From contig JARGFT010000002.1 in assembly GCA_029210645.1 (NCBI GenBank), forward strand, positions 40,016 through 104,015: a DNA stretch of 64,000 bases. Direction: 5' to 3'. The stretch's first letter is position 1; every line of letters starts with the position of its first letter. Under the pieces are notes generated by a model that ran no database searches, was not told where the DNA came from, and worked only from the letters and a program-made list of their open reading frames with translations. Source of the stretch: Anaerosomatales bacterium (lineage in GTDB: Bacteria; Actinomycetota; Coriobacteriia; Anaerosomatales; SLCP01). The position numbers and the translations under genes are program-made. Below are positions 33,109 to 42,817 of the stretch, one piece after another.

Positions 33109-34116
33109 TCACGAACTCCGCTTCACGAAGAAGTCCGCCATCGAGAGCAGAAGCTTGCGCGCCTGGCTGTCGGGCAGTGCGTCTTCGAGCGAGCGCTTGG
33201 CGTCGAGGATGAGGTCGCGAGCGTAGCCGTTCGCAAACGCGATCGAGCCGGCCTCGGTCATGATGGCGACCGCCTCGTCGAGCAGCGCAGAGTCGGTCAC
33301 ACGGGCCGAGAGGATCTCCAGCAGCCGCTCCCGGCGCGCCGAGTTCTCGAGCGCGTGGATGGCCACCAGCGTGCGCTTGCCCTCCGTGAGATCGCTGCGG
33401 AAGTCCTTCTTGGTGGATTCTCTGGTGCCGACGAGGTTGAGCACGTCGTCCTGGATCTGGAAGGCCAGGCCCGCCGCCATGCCGAACTCGCGCAACGCCT
33501 CGACCTGCTCGTCGGTGCCGCCGCCGACGATCGCGCCCACGGCGAGCGGGACCCCTCCAGAGTAGAACGCGGTCTTGTGGCGGGCCATCACGAGGTAATC
33601 CTCGACACTCAGGTCGAAGCGATCGTCACGCGCCCACCCGATGTCGAGCGCCTGGCCCTCTATGGTGCGCGTGGTCATGTCGACGAGCTCGGCGAGCACC
33701 CGCAGCTTGGTGGCATCGTCAAGGCCGGGATCGTGGACGACCGTGCCGCAGACGAGCGAGAGCGCGAGGTCGCCCGCGTTGATCGCGATTCCGTCCCCTT
33801 CGCGGACGTGCATGCACGGCTCGTCGCGTCGCGTGAGCGAGGAGTCCTCGATGTCGTCGTGGATGAGCGCGGCGGTGTGGAAGTGCTCGATGGCCGCTGC
33901 CGAGGACTTCGCCCGCTCGGGGTCTCCCCCGACCGCCTCGCACGCGAGCAGGCAGATGAGGGGGCGGTGACGCTTCCCGGCATTGGCGGTGAACTCGGCA
34001 ACAGGAGCGTAGAGGTATCGGCGCATGTCGGGATGGGACCCGTCCGAGAAGAAGCCCGCCAGGTAGGCGTCGAACTTCTTGGAGTTGCGCTTGAGATACA
34101 GCTCGAATCCGGTCAT
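33109..34116 (-). CDS. polyprenyl diphosphate synthase (trans-IPPS)
   Basis: First Asp-rich motif LIHDDIEDSSLTRR and second Asp-rich motif FQIQDDVLN. Confidence 0.9.
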   Translation of the reverse strand: MTGFELYLKRNSKKFDAYLAGFFSDGSHPDMRRYLYAPVAEFTANAGKRHRPLICLLACEAVGGDPERAKSSAAAIEHFHTAALIHDDIEDSSLTRRDEPCMHVREGDGIAINAGDLALSLVCGTVVHDPGLDDATKLRVLAELVDMTTRTIEGQALDIGWARDDRFDLSVEDYLVMARHKTAFYSGGVPLAVGAIVGGGTDEQVEALREFGMAAGLAFQIQDDVLNLVGTRESTKKDFRSDLTEGKRTLVAIHALENSARRERLLEILSARVTDSALLDEAVAIMTEAGSIAFANGYARDLILDAKRSLEDALPDSQARKLLLSMADFFVKRSS

Positions 34117-34277
34117 CGGTCTCCTCGGCGCCCGACAGATGAGTCCGCCCGCCCCGAGGCTTGCCGGGGGTGTGGCTCCAAGGCCGGGCGTTGCAGGTCA
34201 CATCTTACGGGGACGCCGGTACACGGGCAACCTGAGTGCGTGGGTGCGAACGTGCTCCGCATGCTGCGGTAGGGCCC

Positions 34278-35087
34278 TCATCCCGCCCGGCGATACCCCT
34301 TCTCGATGTACACGCCGTCGGCGGTGAAGCGCTTGCGATACGACAACATCACGGCCAGCACCGAGCCAAGCGCGGTCGCGGCGGCCACCATCAGCATCAC
34401 GACGACCTGGTAGTACGAGGCGGCGAGCGGATCCGCGCCGGCGAGCACCTGTCCGGTCATCATGCCCGGGATGAACACGATGCCCGCGGCGGCCATCGCG
34501 TTGATGGTGGGGATGAGCCCCGCCCGGATCGCCACGCGGACCGAGTCGCCGGCGGCCTCCCACGGCGTGGCCCCCAGGGCGGTGAGCGCGAGCACTTCCC
34601 CCGCACGGGCGTCGAGGTCGGCGAAGGTGCGCTCGAGCGCGAGCGCGATGCCGTTCATCGAGTTGCCCAGCACCATCCCCGCGATCGGGATGACGTACTG
34701 GGCCCGGTACCACGGCTCGACCTGGATGACGAGTCCCGTCACGGCGAACGTCACGGTGAAACCGGTGAGCAGCATGGTGATCATCGAGCTGCCGAGGATG
34801 CCCCGGGGAGCATCGGGCGCTCGCTTGACGATCGTCTGTGCCGCGGCCGCCATCATCAGGACGAGGATGGCCAGTACCAGCCAGGGGCTGTCGATGCCGA
34901 ACACCCACCGCAACGCCAGGCCGAGAGCGATGAGCTGCAGGAAGGTGCGCACGGCAGCGACAGCCAGGTCGCTCTCGAGTCCGAGGGACAGCCGTATCGA
35001 CAGGATGCCCACGACCACTACGAACCCGGTGGAGATCGCGAGCTGGACCCAGCCTATCTCGATCACGCCGCCGGCGAGTTCGTTCAC
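34278..35087 (-). CDS. fetB: UPF0014/FetB-type ABC exporter permease
   Basis: 269-aa polytopic protein resembling YbbM/FetB. The GTG start overlaps the fetA stop (GTGA). Confidence 0.72.
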   Translation of the reverse strand: MNELAGGVIEIGWVQLAISTGFVVVVGILSIRLSLGLESDLAVAAVRTFLQLIALGLALRWVFGIDSPWLVLAILVLMMAAAAQTIVKRAPDAPRGILGSSMITMLLTGFTVTFAVTGLVIQVEPWYRAQYVIPIAGMVLGNSMNGIALALERTFADLDARAGEVLALTALGATPWEAAGDSVRVAIRAGLIPTINAMAAAGIVFIPGMMTGQVLAGADPLAASYYQVVVMLMVAAATALGSVLAVMLSYRKRFTADGVYIEKGYRRAG

Positions 35088-35749
35088 GACGCCACCTCCG
35101 TGAGGTGGCCGCCCACGAGCCGGAGCGTGCGCGAGGCCCGGACATCCCCCCGCTGGTGGCGGACGCGCATGACCGCGCCGCCCTGAGAGGCGAACGCCTC
35201 GGTCATGGCGGCAACCTGTGCCGTGCTCTCGTCATCGAGGTTGGCGTCGGGCTCGTCGAGCAACAGTACGTCCGGAGCGGTCAGCACCGCGCGCAGCAGG
35301 GCGACCCGGGCAGCCTGGCCGACAGAGAGCCGCGCAGCGTCGCGGCCGAGCGCGATCTCGCCCAGGCCGACCTCCAGAAGCGCCTGCTCGAGGGCTCCGT
35401 CGGGCGGCGCGTGCGCGGCCGAGCGGACCTTCAGCTGCCACGGCAGGAGCAGGTTGTCGCGCACGGTTCCCGGACGCATCGCCGCGGTCTGGGGCAGCAG
35501 CGTCACGCGGCTGCGCCACTCCGCGGGTGCGTACTCCTCTGCGACGCGACCCCCCAACGTCAGTGTGCCCTCGACATCGGGGAGCAGGCGGGCGAGTGCG
35601 CGCAGCAGCGTGGTCTTGCCCGAGCCCGACGGCCCGCGCACGTCGACGATCTCGCCCGCCTCGATCGCGAGCGACACCCGCTCGAGCACGTAGTGAGGGC
35701 CCGGATCGGCGTGCGACGCGAAGGTCAGCCCCTCGGCGGCGAGCAGCAC
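35084..35749 (-). CDS. fetA: ABC transporter ATP-binding protein, FetA/YbbL-like
   Basis: Walker A GPSGSGKTT, signature LSVGQAARVALLRAV, Walker B LLLDEPD. Confidence 0.8.
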   Translation of the reverse strand: MLLAAEGLTFASHADPGPHYVLERVSLAIEAGEIVDVRGPSGSGKTTLLRALARLLPDVEGTLTLGGRVAEEYAPAEWRSRVTLLPQTAAMRPGTVRDNLLLPWQLKVRSAAHAPPDGALEQALLEVGLGEIALGRDAARLSVGQAARVALLRAVLTAPDVLLLDEPDANLDDESTAQVAAMTEAFASQGGAVMRVRHQRGDVRASRTLRLVGGHLTEVAS

Positions 35750-35755
35750 CTCGTC

Positions 35756-36271
35756 CTACCAGCGCTCGCGGTGGATGAACGAGGGGTCGTAGCGGTCCGA
35801 AGGCGGCTTGATCTCCGCCGGATGACCGATCGCGAGCACCGCGAGCGGCTCGACGCCCTCGGGGATGCCGAGCAGCTCCTTGAGCAGCTCGACGCGATCC
35901 ATCTTGGGGTAGTAGCCGAGCCACACGCCGCCCAGGCCGATGGCGTGGGCGGCCAGCAGCGCGTTCTCGACGGCAGCCGAGCAGTCCTGCTGCCACATGC
36001 CCGGGCTCTTCAGGTCAGCGGTGTCACCGCAGACCACGATGCCGAATGCCGCATCCGCGAGCATCTTCGCGTACGGGCTCGTGGCCGCGACCGCCACGAG
36101 CGTGTCCCGTTCGGTCAGAACGATGAACCTCCACGGCTGCTGGTTGTTCGCCGAGGGAGCGGCTTGCGCCGCACGCAGGACCGTCTCGATCTGCTCCTCG
36201 ACCACCGGTTCGCCCGTGAAGCGACGGATACTCCGCCGCGACATGATCGCCTCAAGTGCGTCCACGCTCAC
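35756..36271 (-). CDS. nitroreductase-family protein
   Basis: RRSIRRFTGEPV..., PSANNQQPWRFIV, 171 aa. Confidence 0.8.
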   Translation of the reverse strand: MSVDALEAIMSRRSIRRFTGEPVVEEQIETVLRAAQAAPSANNQQPWRFIVLTERDTLVAVAATSPYAKMLADAAFGIVVCGDTADLKSPGMWQQDCSAAVENALLAAHAIGLGGVWLGYYPKMDRVELLKELLGIPEGVEPLAVLAIGHPAEIKPPSDRYDPSFIHRERW

Positions 36272-37239
36272 TCCTCCTTCTCGGCCTCACGTGCTCGCAC
36301 GCGTCTCGAGTCGCGGCGCAGCACCGGGCTCGTCCCGAACAGCAGGTCGTTCTCGAAGCTCACCCGCTCCAGCGTCGTGAGTTCCTTGACGATGGCCATC
36401 AGGTTCGCGGTCACCTCGGGCGAGTTGACCGACAGGTCGTGCAGTTCGACCCCGTCAAGCTTACCGTGCTTCTTCGCGTTGATGTACGTCTTCCAGAGTG
36501 CCTGGCGAATGCGCGGGCGGGTCGACGGCGTGCGCAGCGCATCGAGGATGCGGGCGCGGGCATCCTCGAGAGCCTCGGCGGGCGGGTTCTTCGGCAGCGC
36601 GGCAAGCTCGCGTCCCATCGCATCGGCAAACGGGCGGCTCGTCTCCTGGAGGAGGAACTTGACCACGTGCCAGGCATCGTAGAGGTCCTTCGCGCGAGTG
36701 ATCTCGCGGTCCGCGAGCCACAGCCATGCGTGCAGGCGGCGGCGCCAGTCCCACCAGAGCAGCGGGTTGGTGAGCGCACTGTCCGGGATGAGGAACCAAC
36801 CGGTCTCCAGCAGCATCGCGCCGAAGACTCCCGAGCCCTCGATCTGCTCGGCGCGCTTCTTCCCCACCTTTGCCTTGTACACGCCACACGAGGGTGACGA
36901 CTCCTTGACGATCATCGCCCGCACGCCTGCCCGCTGGAGGGCTGCCAGGCTCGCACGACTGCCCTCCACGAGCGCCTCGGTCACGTCACGGCCCCTCCGG
37001 TCGCGAACCTTCGCCTCGCCGGCGAGGACCTCCTGGCCGGGACCGGTCAGGTGGATGGGCATCCTCGGCACGCCGAGCCCGGCCATGCACTCGGGGCACA
37101 CCGGCGTGAAGTTGAAGTCGGCGCGCTCCCGCCCGAGCGTGGCAAGCGCGTCGAACGACTTGCCGTTGTAGCGCACGGGACAGCGATAGACGCACGCGCT
37201 GATGCCGATCGGAACGGTGCGGGTGATGAGTTCGGCCAC
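36268..37239 (-). CDS. DUF523 (TudS-like FeS) plus DUF1722 (YbgA-like) fusion protein
   Basis: GTG 37239 is preceded by GAGGGGGA. GISACVYRCPVRYNG...CPE...PSCG (DUF523 Cys pattern), then WWDWRRRLHAWLWL...HVVKFLL (DUF1722-like). The upstream 88 codons of the track ORF were rejected. Confidence 0.72.
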   Translation of the reverse strand: MAELITRTVPIGISACVYRCPVRYNGKSFDALATLGRERADFNFTPVCPECMAGLGVPRMPIHLTGPGQEVLAGEAKVRDRRGRDVTEALVEGSRASLAALQRAGVRAMIVKESSPSCGVYKAKVGKKRAEQIEGSGVFGAMLLETGWFLIPDSALTNPLLWWDWRRRLHAWLWLADREITRAKDLYDAWHVVKFLLQETSRPFADAMGRELAALPKNPPAEALEDARARILDALRTPSTRPRIRQALWKTYINAKKHGKLDGVELHDLSVNSPEVTANLMAIVKELTTLERVSFENDLLFGTSPVLRRDSRRVRAREAEKEE

Positions 37240-37350
37240 TGGTCCCCCTCGGTCGTTGAGCGGACGTCTCTCTGCCGAGGAGTGTACCCGCCCCTGCGGT
37301 GTGCATCGCGACGTATCGGGAACAAACCGGGTGACGAGAGGGGGGCCCGC

Positions 37351-38670
37351 GTGGCCACGACTGCGATCTGCTGGTTCCGGAGAGACTTGCGCCTGGCCGA
37401 CAATGCGGCGCTCGCTGCCGCGTTGCGGGGCGCCGAGGCGCTGGTGCCGGTCTACGTGATGCCGGCCAGGTGCGGCCGGAGCGAGGCGGGGTGGCTCGCG
37501 CATTCACTGGCGTCGCTGGACGCCGGTCTGCGCGAACACGGCTCGCAGTTGATGGTGCGGCACGGACCTGCCGGGGAAGTGCTGTCCGCACTCGCCGGCG
37601 AGTGCGGCGCGCGTACGGTGCACTGCACACGGGTGTGGACCCCGGCCGGTCTGGCCGAGGAACATGCGGCCGCCGACGCCCTCGCGCCGGGCCGTGCGGG
37701 GCTTGTCGTTGCCGAGGGCTCGCTGCTCGTCGCCCCCGACGCGATCTCGACAGGTGCGGGCAGCCCGTACCGCGTCTTCACCCCCTACTTCCGCGCATGG
37801 GAGGGATTGTGGGACGGAAGCGCGCTGCCCTCCGGTGCACCGGAGGGGATCCCCTCACCAGGGGGCGCGATCGCTTCCGAGCCGCTACCGGAGGTCCCCG
37901 CGGAGGCTCCGGACCCGACCGCCCGGTGGACGCCGGGCGAGCCAGGGGCAGCGCGGCGCCTGGAGGTGTTCATCGACGACGCGCTGGCCCACTACGACGA
38001 GCACCGCGACCTGCCAGCTCTCGACGCGACCTCGCGGCTCTCGCCTCACCTCGCCTTCGGGGAGATCTCACCGCGACAGATCGCCGCGGCCGTCACCGGA
38101 AGCGGCCTCCCCCGCGAGGTCACCCGGCCGTTCCTGCGCCAGCTCGCATGGCGAGAGTTCGCGGCACACGTGCTGCATCACCACCCGCACACGCTGACCG
38201 AGCCACTGCGGCCCGAGTTCGCGCGCATGCCGTGGAGCGACGACCCGGGGGCGTTTGCCGCCTGGCGGGAAGGTCGCACCGGCTATCCGCTCGTCGACGC
38301 CGGGATGAGGCAGCTCGCTGCCACCGGCTGGATGCACAACCGCGTGCGCCTGGTAGCGGCATCGCTGCTCACCAAGCATCTGCTCGTGCCGTGGCAGACC
38401 GGCGAGCGGTACTTCGCCAACGCGCTCGTTGACTTCGACGCAGCATCGAACGTCTTCAACTGGCAGTGGGTCGCGGGGTGCGGCGCGGACGCGGCACCGT
38501 ACTTCCGGATCTTCAACCCGACGCTGCAGGCAGCGAGGTTCGACGCCGAGGGCGAGTACGTGCGTCGATGGGTGCCTGAAGTCGGCACGCCGGCCTACCC
38601 CGCTCCGATCATCGACCACACGGAGGCACGGGCGCGCGCGCTTGCGGCCTACTCGGCAATCAAGGGGTGA
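37351..38670 (+). CDS. phr: deoxyribodipyrimidine photolyase
   Basis: GTG 37351. ICWFRRDLRLADNAAL, SRLSPHLAFGEIS, WREF, TGYPLVDAGMRQL, GWMHNRVRLVAASLL, NWQWVAG. Confidence 0.9.
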   Translation: MATTAICWFRRDLRLADNAALAAALRGAEALVPVYVMPARCGRSEAGWLAHSLASLDAGLREHGSQLMVRHGPAGEVLSALAGECGARTVHCTRVWTPAGLAEEHAAADALAPGRAGLVVAEGSLLVAPDAISTGAGSPYRVFTPYFRAWEGLWDGSALPSGAPEGIPSPGGAIASEPLPEVPAEAPDPTARWTPGEPGAARRLEVFIDDALAHYDEHRDLPALDATSRLSPHLAFGEISPRQIAAAVTGSGLPREVTRPFLRQLAWREFAAHVLHHHPHTLTEPLRPEFARMPWSDDPGAFAAWREGRTGYPLVDAGMRQLAATGWMHNRVRLVAASLLTKHLLVPWQTGERYFANALVDFDAASNVFNWQWVAGCGADAAPYFRIFNPTLQAARFDAEGEYVRRWVPEVGTPAYPAPIIDHTEARARALAAYSAIKG

Positions 38671-38699
38671 GCGGGCCCGGACGCGAAACGGCCCCGCTC
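38669..38699. terminator. GC-rich hairpin between convergent phr and selC (candidate bidirectional terminator)
   Basis: GAGCGGGCC-N12-GGCCCCGCUC: a 7-bp stem, a one-nucleotide bulge, then 2 more bp. No clear U tract. Confidence 0.3.
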
Positions 38700-38724
38700 A
38701 GGGCGGGACCGCTCGGCTGATCTT

Positions 38725-38821
38725 TGGCGGAGGCGCGTGCGAATCGAACACACCCGGGACGCTCTTCACGCCCCACTACGGTTTTGAAGACCGCGGAGCC
38801 CACCAGGACCCATCCGCCTCC
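38725..38821 (-). tRNA. selC: tRNA-Sec (anticodon UCA)
   Basis: 97 nt: GGAGGCG(G)-...-GGGUCC/UGGU/GGGCUC (6-bp D stem with a 4-nt loop, typical of tRNA-Sec), anticodon arm GCGGU-CUUCAAA-ACCGU, long variable arm GGGGCG...CGUCCC, T arm GUGUG-UUCGAUU-CGCAC, discriminator G and encoded CCA. It lies 52 nt downstream of selB. Confidence 0.85.
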
Positions 38822-38873
38822 GCGGAGGATTGTCCTGGCCACGGGGGGTGGTGTCAAACCGGGCCGGGAGAGA

Positions 38874-40790
38874 TCACGCTCTGCGCAAAGTACGGGTGTC
38901 GCCGTCGCGCTTCGTGAGCCCGATCGCATCGAAGTGCTCGAGCAGCGGGATAGCGTACTTGCGCGTGACGCCCAGCACGTCCCTGAGCTCGGCCGCGGTC
39001 GCGCTGGCGTGCTCCCGCAAGAACGCTGAGATCCGCTCCCCCGCCGCGTCGACGGCCGCAGCATCGAAGTGCATGTCGCTCCCGAGCCGCAGCGCCTCTC
39101 CGGCGGAGGCCATGCGCGCAAGTACCTTGCGCGCGACAGCCGCATCGACTCCGGCCTCGGCGGACCACTCGGCCACCGACTTCGGGGCCAACCCGTCGCG
39201 GACGACCAGCGGGCGCAGCACGGCCTCGGCAGCCTGCTGCTCGGCAAGCGCTGAGACCGCAGCCTGCGGGTGGCGGACCTGACCCTTCTCGATCGCGGCG
39301 ACGCCGCGCTGCACGGCAATCTCGAGCACGGCGTCGAATGACTTCTGTGTCAGCCGGCGGTCGACCCGGTCACGCAGCGCGGCCGTCGACATGCCGGTGG
39401 CCTTCGGGTCGGCGTCGTGAAACGCGAGCAACTCCCGCTCGATCATCACGACGTACGCCTCGAGCGCTCCGCTGGTGATGAACGCCGTCTCACCCGCGAT
39501 CTTGAGCCGCGCGAGGTCGGCCTTGTTGAGATCGTCGGCAACGCCTGCGCGCGGTACGCCGATCGCCGCAGCCACCTCGGCCGAGGTCATGGGCATCGCG
39601 CGGGAGGCGAGCAGGCCGGTCGCCGCCGAGGAGAGATCGTGGGCGATGAGTGCCTCGAGGAGCGTTCTTTCGTGCTCGCGCAACGTTGTCCGCCGCGGGG
39701 GCAGCACGTCCAGGACGACGCCGCCGCCGATGGTGTACACCGGCGAGTAGGAGCGCACGATGAACCGGTCGCTATAGCGCGGAACGAGCGGTTCTTCCAG
39801 CCGCACCTGCGCCAGTCCCGACTCGCCGCGCGCCAGTTCGCCCGCGTCCATGAGCAGCACCCGGCCGAGGACCTCACGTGTCCCGTGGTGGACGTGCACG
39901 CGGGTGTCGCTCTCGAACGGCTTGTCCTCACCGGGCACACCGAGATAGGTGAAGCGCGCATCGAACCGGTCGGTGACCGAGAGCGTGCCAGGCGCTGCGA
40001 TGACATCACCTCTCGATATCTCATCTCGGTCCACACCGGCGATGTTCAGCGCCACGCGTTGACCCGCGGTGGCTTTCTCAACCGCTGCCGAGTGGACCTG
40101 GACGCCGCGGACACGGGCCTCGCGGCCCGCGGGCATGATCTCGACTGAATCGTCCCGGGAGACCTGTCCCGACCAGAGCGTCCCCGTGATGACGGTGCCG
40201 GCACCGGCGATGGTGAACACGCGGTCGACGGGGAGCCGGAACGGCAGCCCGGCCTGTCGGGACGGAGCCTCGCCGGCCACCGATTCGAGCGCTGCGAGCA
40301 GCTCCGGCACGCCAGCGCCGGTCTGCGCGGAGACGGGCACGACCGGTGCACCTGCGATCGATGTGGTGTCGACGAGTTCGCGAACCTCCTCGGTCACAAG
40401 ATCGATCCAGTCGGGCTCGGCCAGATCGGCCTTGGTCAGCGCCACGACCCCGCGCTCGATCCCGAGCAGGTCGATGATGGCGAGGTGCTCGCGTGTCTGG
40501 GGCATGATGCCGTCGTCGGCGGCAATCACCAGCATCACAACATCGATGCCGGTCGCCCCGGCAACCATGTGGCGGACAAATCGCTCGTGGCCCGGAACGT
40601 CAACGACGCCCATCGTGCGGCCGCTGGGCAGCGTGAGCTGCGCGAAGCCGAGCTCGATGGTGATCCCGCGTGCCTTCTCCTCGGCCAGGCGGTCCGGATC
40701 GGTGCCGGTGAGCGCCTTGACGAGCGTGGATTTGCCGTGGTCGATGTGACCCGCGGTCCCGAGGACAAGCGAGGAGGCCACCTCGCTCAC
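38874..40790 (-). CDS. selB: selenocysteine-specific elongation factor SelB
   Basis: G1 [10 protein letters not shown]3 DVPGHERF, G4 TKADL. The long C-terminal winged-helix region is the SECIS-binding part. The GTG start overlaps the selA stop (GTGA). Confidence 0.9.
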   Translation of the reverse strand: MSEVASSLVLGTAGHIDHGKSTLVKALTGTDPDRLAEEKARGITIELGFAQLTLPSGRTMGVVDVPGHERFVRHMVAGATGIDVVMLVIAADDGIMPQTREHLAIIDLLGIERGVVALTKADLAEPDWIDLVTEEVRELVDTTSIAGAPVVPVSAQTGAGVPELLAALESVAGEAPSRQAGLPFRLPVDRVFTIAGAGTVITGTLWSGQVSRDDSVEIMPAGREARVRGVQVHSAAVEKATAGQRVALNIAGVDRDEISRGDVIAAPGTLSVTDRFDARFTYLGVPGEDKPFESDTRVHVHHGTREVLGRVLLMDAGELARGESGLAQVRLEEPLVPRYSDRFIVRSYSPVYTIGGGVVLDVLPPRRTTLREHERTLLEALIAHDLSSAATGLLASRAMPMTSAEVAAAIGVPRAGVADDLNKADLARLKIAGETAFITSGALEAYVVMIERELLAFHDADPKATGMSTAALRDRVDRRLTQKSFDAVLEIAVQRGVAAIEKGQVRHPQAAVSALAEQQAAEAVLRPLVVRDGLAPKSVAEWSAEAGVDAAVARKVLARMASAGEALRLGSDMHFDAAAVDAAGERISAFLREHASATAAELRDVLGVTRKYAIPLLEHFDAIGLTKRDGDTRTLRRA

Positions 40791-42187
40791 TCCCCTCCAG
40801 CGAGCACCGTAGCCACACGCTCGACGACGACGGGCTCCTCGGACTCGAGCACCGTCCGGAGATCGAGCAGGAGGCGGTCCTCCTTGATGCGCGCGACGAT
40901 GCCGGGCTCGCCGAGCCTCAGGCGACGCTCGAGCTCGAACGCGCTGAACACGGCCGGGGCCACGCGCACGACGGTCGTCGGGATGTCGGCGAGCGGCAGC
41001 GAGCCACCTCCGGCACGCGAGATGTCAGGCGCGGTATCGACGACCGCGTGCTCGCCACACGCCTCGCGCACGGCCGCAGCGAGCGACTCGGCACGCGCCG
41101 TGACCTTCTCGGTCGGCATCGTGATCATGCGCAGCGTCGGGATCTCGGCGAGAGCCGCCTCGGGGTCGAGGTAGGTGCGCAGCGTGACCTCGAGTGCGGC
41201 GAGCGTCATCTTGTCGAGCCGCAGCGCGCGGGCCATCGGATGCTTCTTCAGCCGGCCTATGATCTCCGCGCTGCCCACGAGGATACCCGCCTGCGGTCCG
41301 CCAAGGAGCTTGTCGCCCGAGCAGGAGACGAGATCGGCGCCGGCCGCTATGGACTCGCCGACCGTCGGCTCGTACGGCAATCCCCACGGACGCAGATCCA
41401 CCAGCACGCCGGATCCCTGGTCCTCGAAGACCGGTACGCCATGCTTCCGGCCGAGTGGAACGAGCTCCTCGAGCCCGACCTCGTTGGTGAAACCCACGAC
41501 CCGGAAGTTGCTCGAGTGCACTTTGAGCAGGACGCCGGTGTGCTCGGTGATCGCGTTCTCGTAGTCGGCCAGATGCGTCTTGTTGGTGGTGCCGACCTCG
41601 ACCATCGTCGCGCCGGACTCTCGCATGATGTCGGGGATGCGGAACGAACCGCCGATCTCGACGAGCTGACCGCGGCTCACCACGGCTTCCTTGCCTCGGG
41701 CGAGCGCGGCGATCGCCATCATGACCGCGGCGGCGTTGTTGTTGACGGCCATCGCCGCTTCGGCGCCGGTGAGCTTGCAGAGCAGCTCCTCGCAGTGCAC
41801 GTGGCGGCTTCCCCGCTCGCCGGAGGCGATGTCGTACTCGAGCGTGGAGTAGGCCGAGGCGACCTCGGCAACGGCCGCGGTCGCCCGCTCGGAGAGGATC
41901 GACCTGCCGAGGTTCGTGTGTACGACGATGCCGGTCGCGTTGATGAGCGCGTGCAGCGAGCGCCGCGCCTTGAGCGACAGACGCGTGCGGGCGTCGGTAA
42001 GGAGCTCCGACTCGTCGTAGACGGCCTCGTCAGAGGAGAGCAGCCGCGCACGAGAGATGTCGATCGACTCCCTCAACGTTTCGAGCACCAGGGTGCGCGG
42101 ATGCTCCTCGAGCATGCGCTCCACGTCGGCGTGGCGCAGGAGTTCGTCGACCTTGGGAAGCTGCCTCAAGCGATCCTGGGTATCCAT
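40787..42187 (-). CDS. selA: L-seryl-tRNA(Sec) selenium transferase SelA
   Basis: ATG 42187. MDTQDRLRQLPKVDELLRH..., NATGIVVHTNLGRS, PLP-lysine block SGDKLLGGPQAG. The upstream 79 codons of the track ORF were rejected. Confidence 0.9.
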   Translation of the reverse strand: MDTQDRLRQLPKVDELLRHADVERMLEEHPRTLVLETLRESIDISRARLLSSDEAVYDESELLTDARTRLSLKARRSLHALINATGIVVHTNLGRSILSERATAAVAEVASAYSTLEYDIASGERGSRHVHCEELLCKLTGAEAAMAVNNNAAAVMMAIAALARGKEAVVSRGQLVEIGGSFRIPDIMRESGATMVEVGTTNKTHLADYENAITEHTGVLLKVHSSNFRVVGFTNEVGLEELVPLGRKHGVPVFEDQGSGVLVDLRPWGLPYEPTVGESIAAGADLVSCSGDKLLGGPQAGILVGSAEIIGRLKKHPMARALRLDKMTLAALEVTLRTYLDPEAALAEIPTLRMITMPTEKVTARAESLAAAVREACGEHAVVDTAPDISRAGGGSLPLADIPTTVVRVAPAVFSAFELERRLRLGEPGIVARIKEDRLLLDLRTVLESEEPVVVERVATVLAGGE

Positions 42188-42251
42188 GAGCGTGATTCTA
42201 CCTGTTCGTCGCCGCCGGTGCGCTACGCTGTGGACGGGGCGGAGGCGGGAC

Positions 42252-42443
42252 ATGGCGGTGACGGTCGTGCAGACAGAACGGCTCACACTGCGCACGTGGA
42301 CGCCGGATGATATAGATGCGTTCGCCGTGCTCGCACGAGACCCGCGCGTCACGCGATACATCAACGGCGGCCGGGCGGCGACCGACGAGCAGATCGGCTC
42401 GTTCCTCGAGCGCCAGATCGTCACCGCCGCGCGCGCCGGCTGA
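42252..42443 (+). pseudogene. N-terminal remnant of a GNAT (RimJ/RimL-like) acetyltransferase
   Basis: MAVTVVQTERLTLRTWTPDDIDAFAVLARDPRVTRYINGG... stops after 63 codons. Intact members of this family are roughly three times longer. There is no room for the rest before the convergent YedF-like gene. Confidence 0.45.
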
Positions 42444-42459
42444 TGCCGGTGCAGCGTCC

Positions 42460-42798
42460 TCAGGCGATCGTGACGATGCCGTCCTCACCGAGGAGCGCCT
42501 CGACCGCACCGGGCATCGTGCCGACCTCGCCGACGGCAAGCGAATCGGTCAGCTCGAGATAGTCGAGACAGGTGCCGCACACCCTGATCGCCACGCCGTT
42601 CTCGACGAGCAGCCCGAGGTCGTCGAGCACCTCCGAGCCCGTGCAGGCCAGCCGCACCCCCCCGTTCATCAGCATGACCGCAGCAGGCCGCTCCTCCGCG
42701 CGGGCCAGCGAGTAGCAGAAGTTGCGCATCAGCAGGCGCCCGAGTTCCTCGTCCCCGCGCCCGAGACGGTCGGTCGTGATGAGCACGCGCTTGGCCAC
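42460..42798 (-). CDS. YedF-like (DsrE-fold) selenium-metabolism-associated protein, short form
   Basis: GTG 42798 is preceded by GGGAGGA. VAKRVLITTDRLGRGDEELGRLLMRNFCYSLA...VMLMNGGVRLA...GVAIRVCGTCLDYL. Starts 20 nt downstream of selD. The longer track ORF overlaps selD. Confidence 0.68.
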   Translation of the reverse strand: MAKRVLITTDRLGRGDEELGRLLMRNFCYSLARAEERPAAVMLMNGGVRLACTGSEVLDDLGLLVENGVAIRVCGTCLDYLELTDSLAVGEVGTMPGAVEALLGEDGIVTIA

Positions 42799-42817
42799 CG
42801 TGTCCTCCCTGGTTCCG

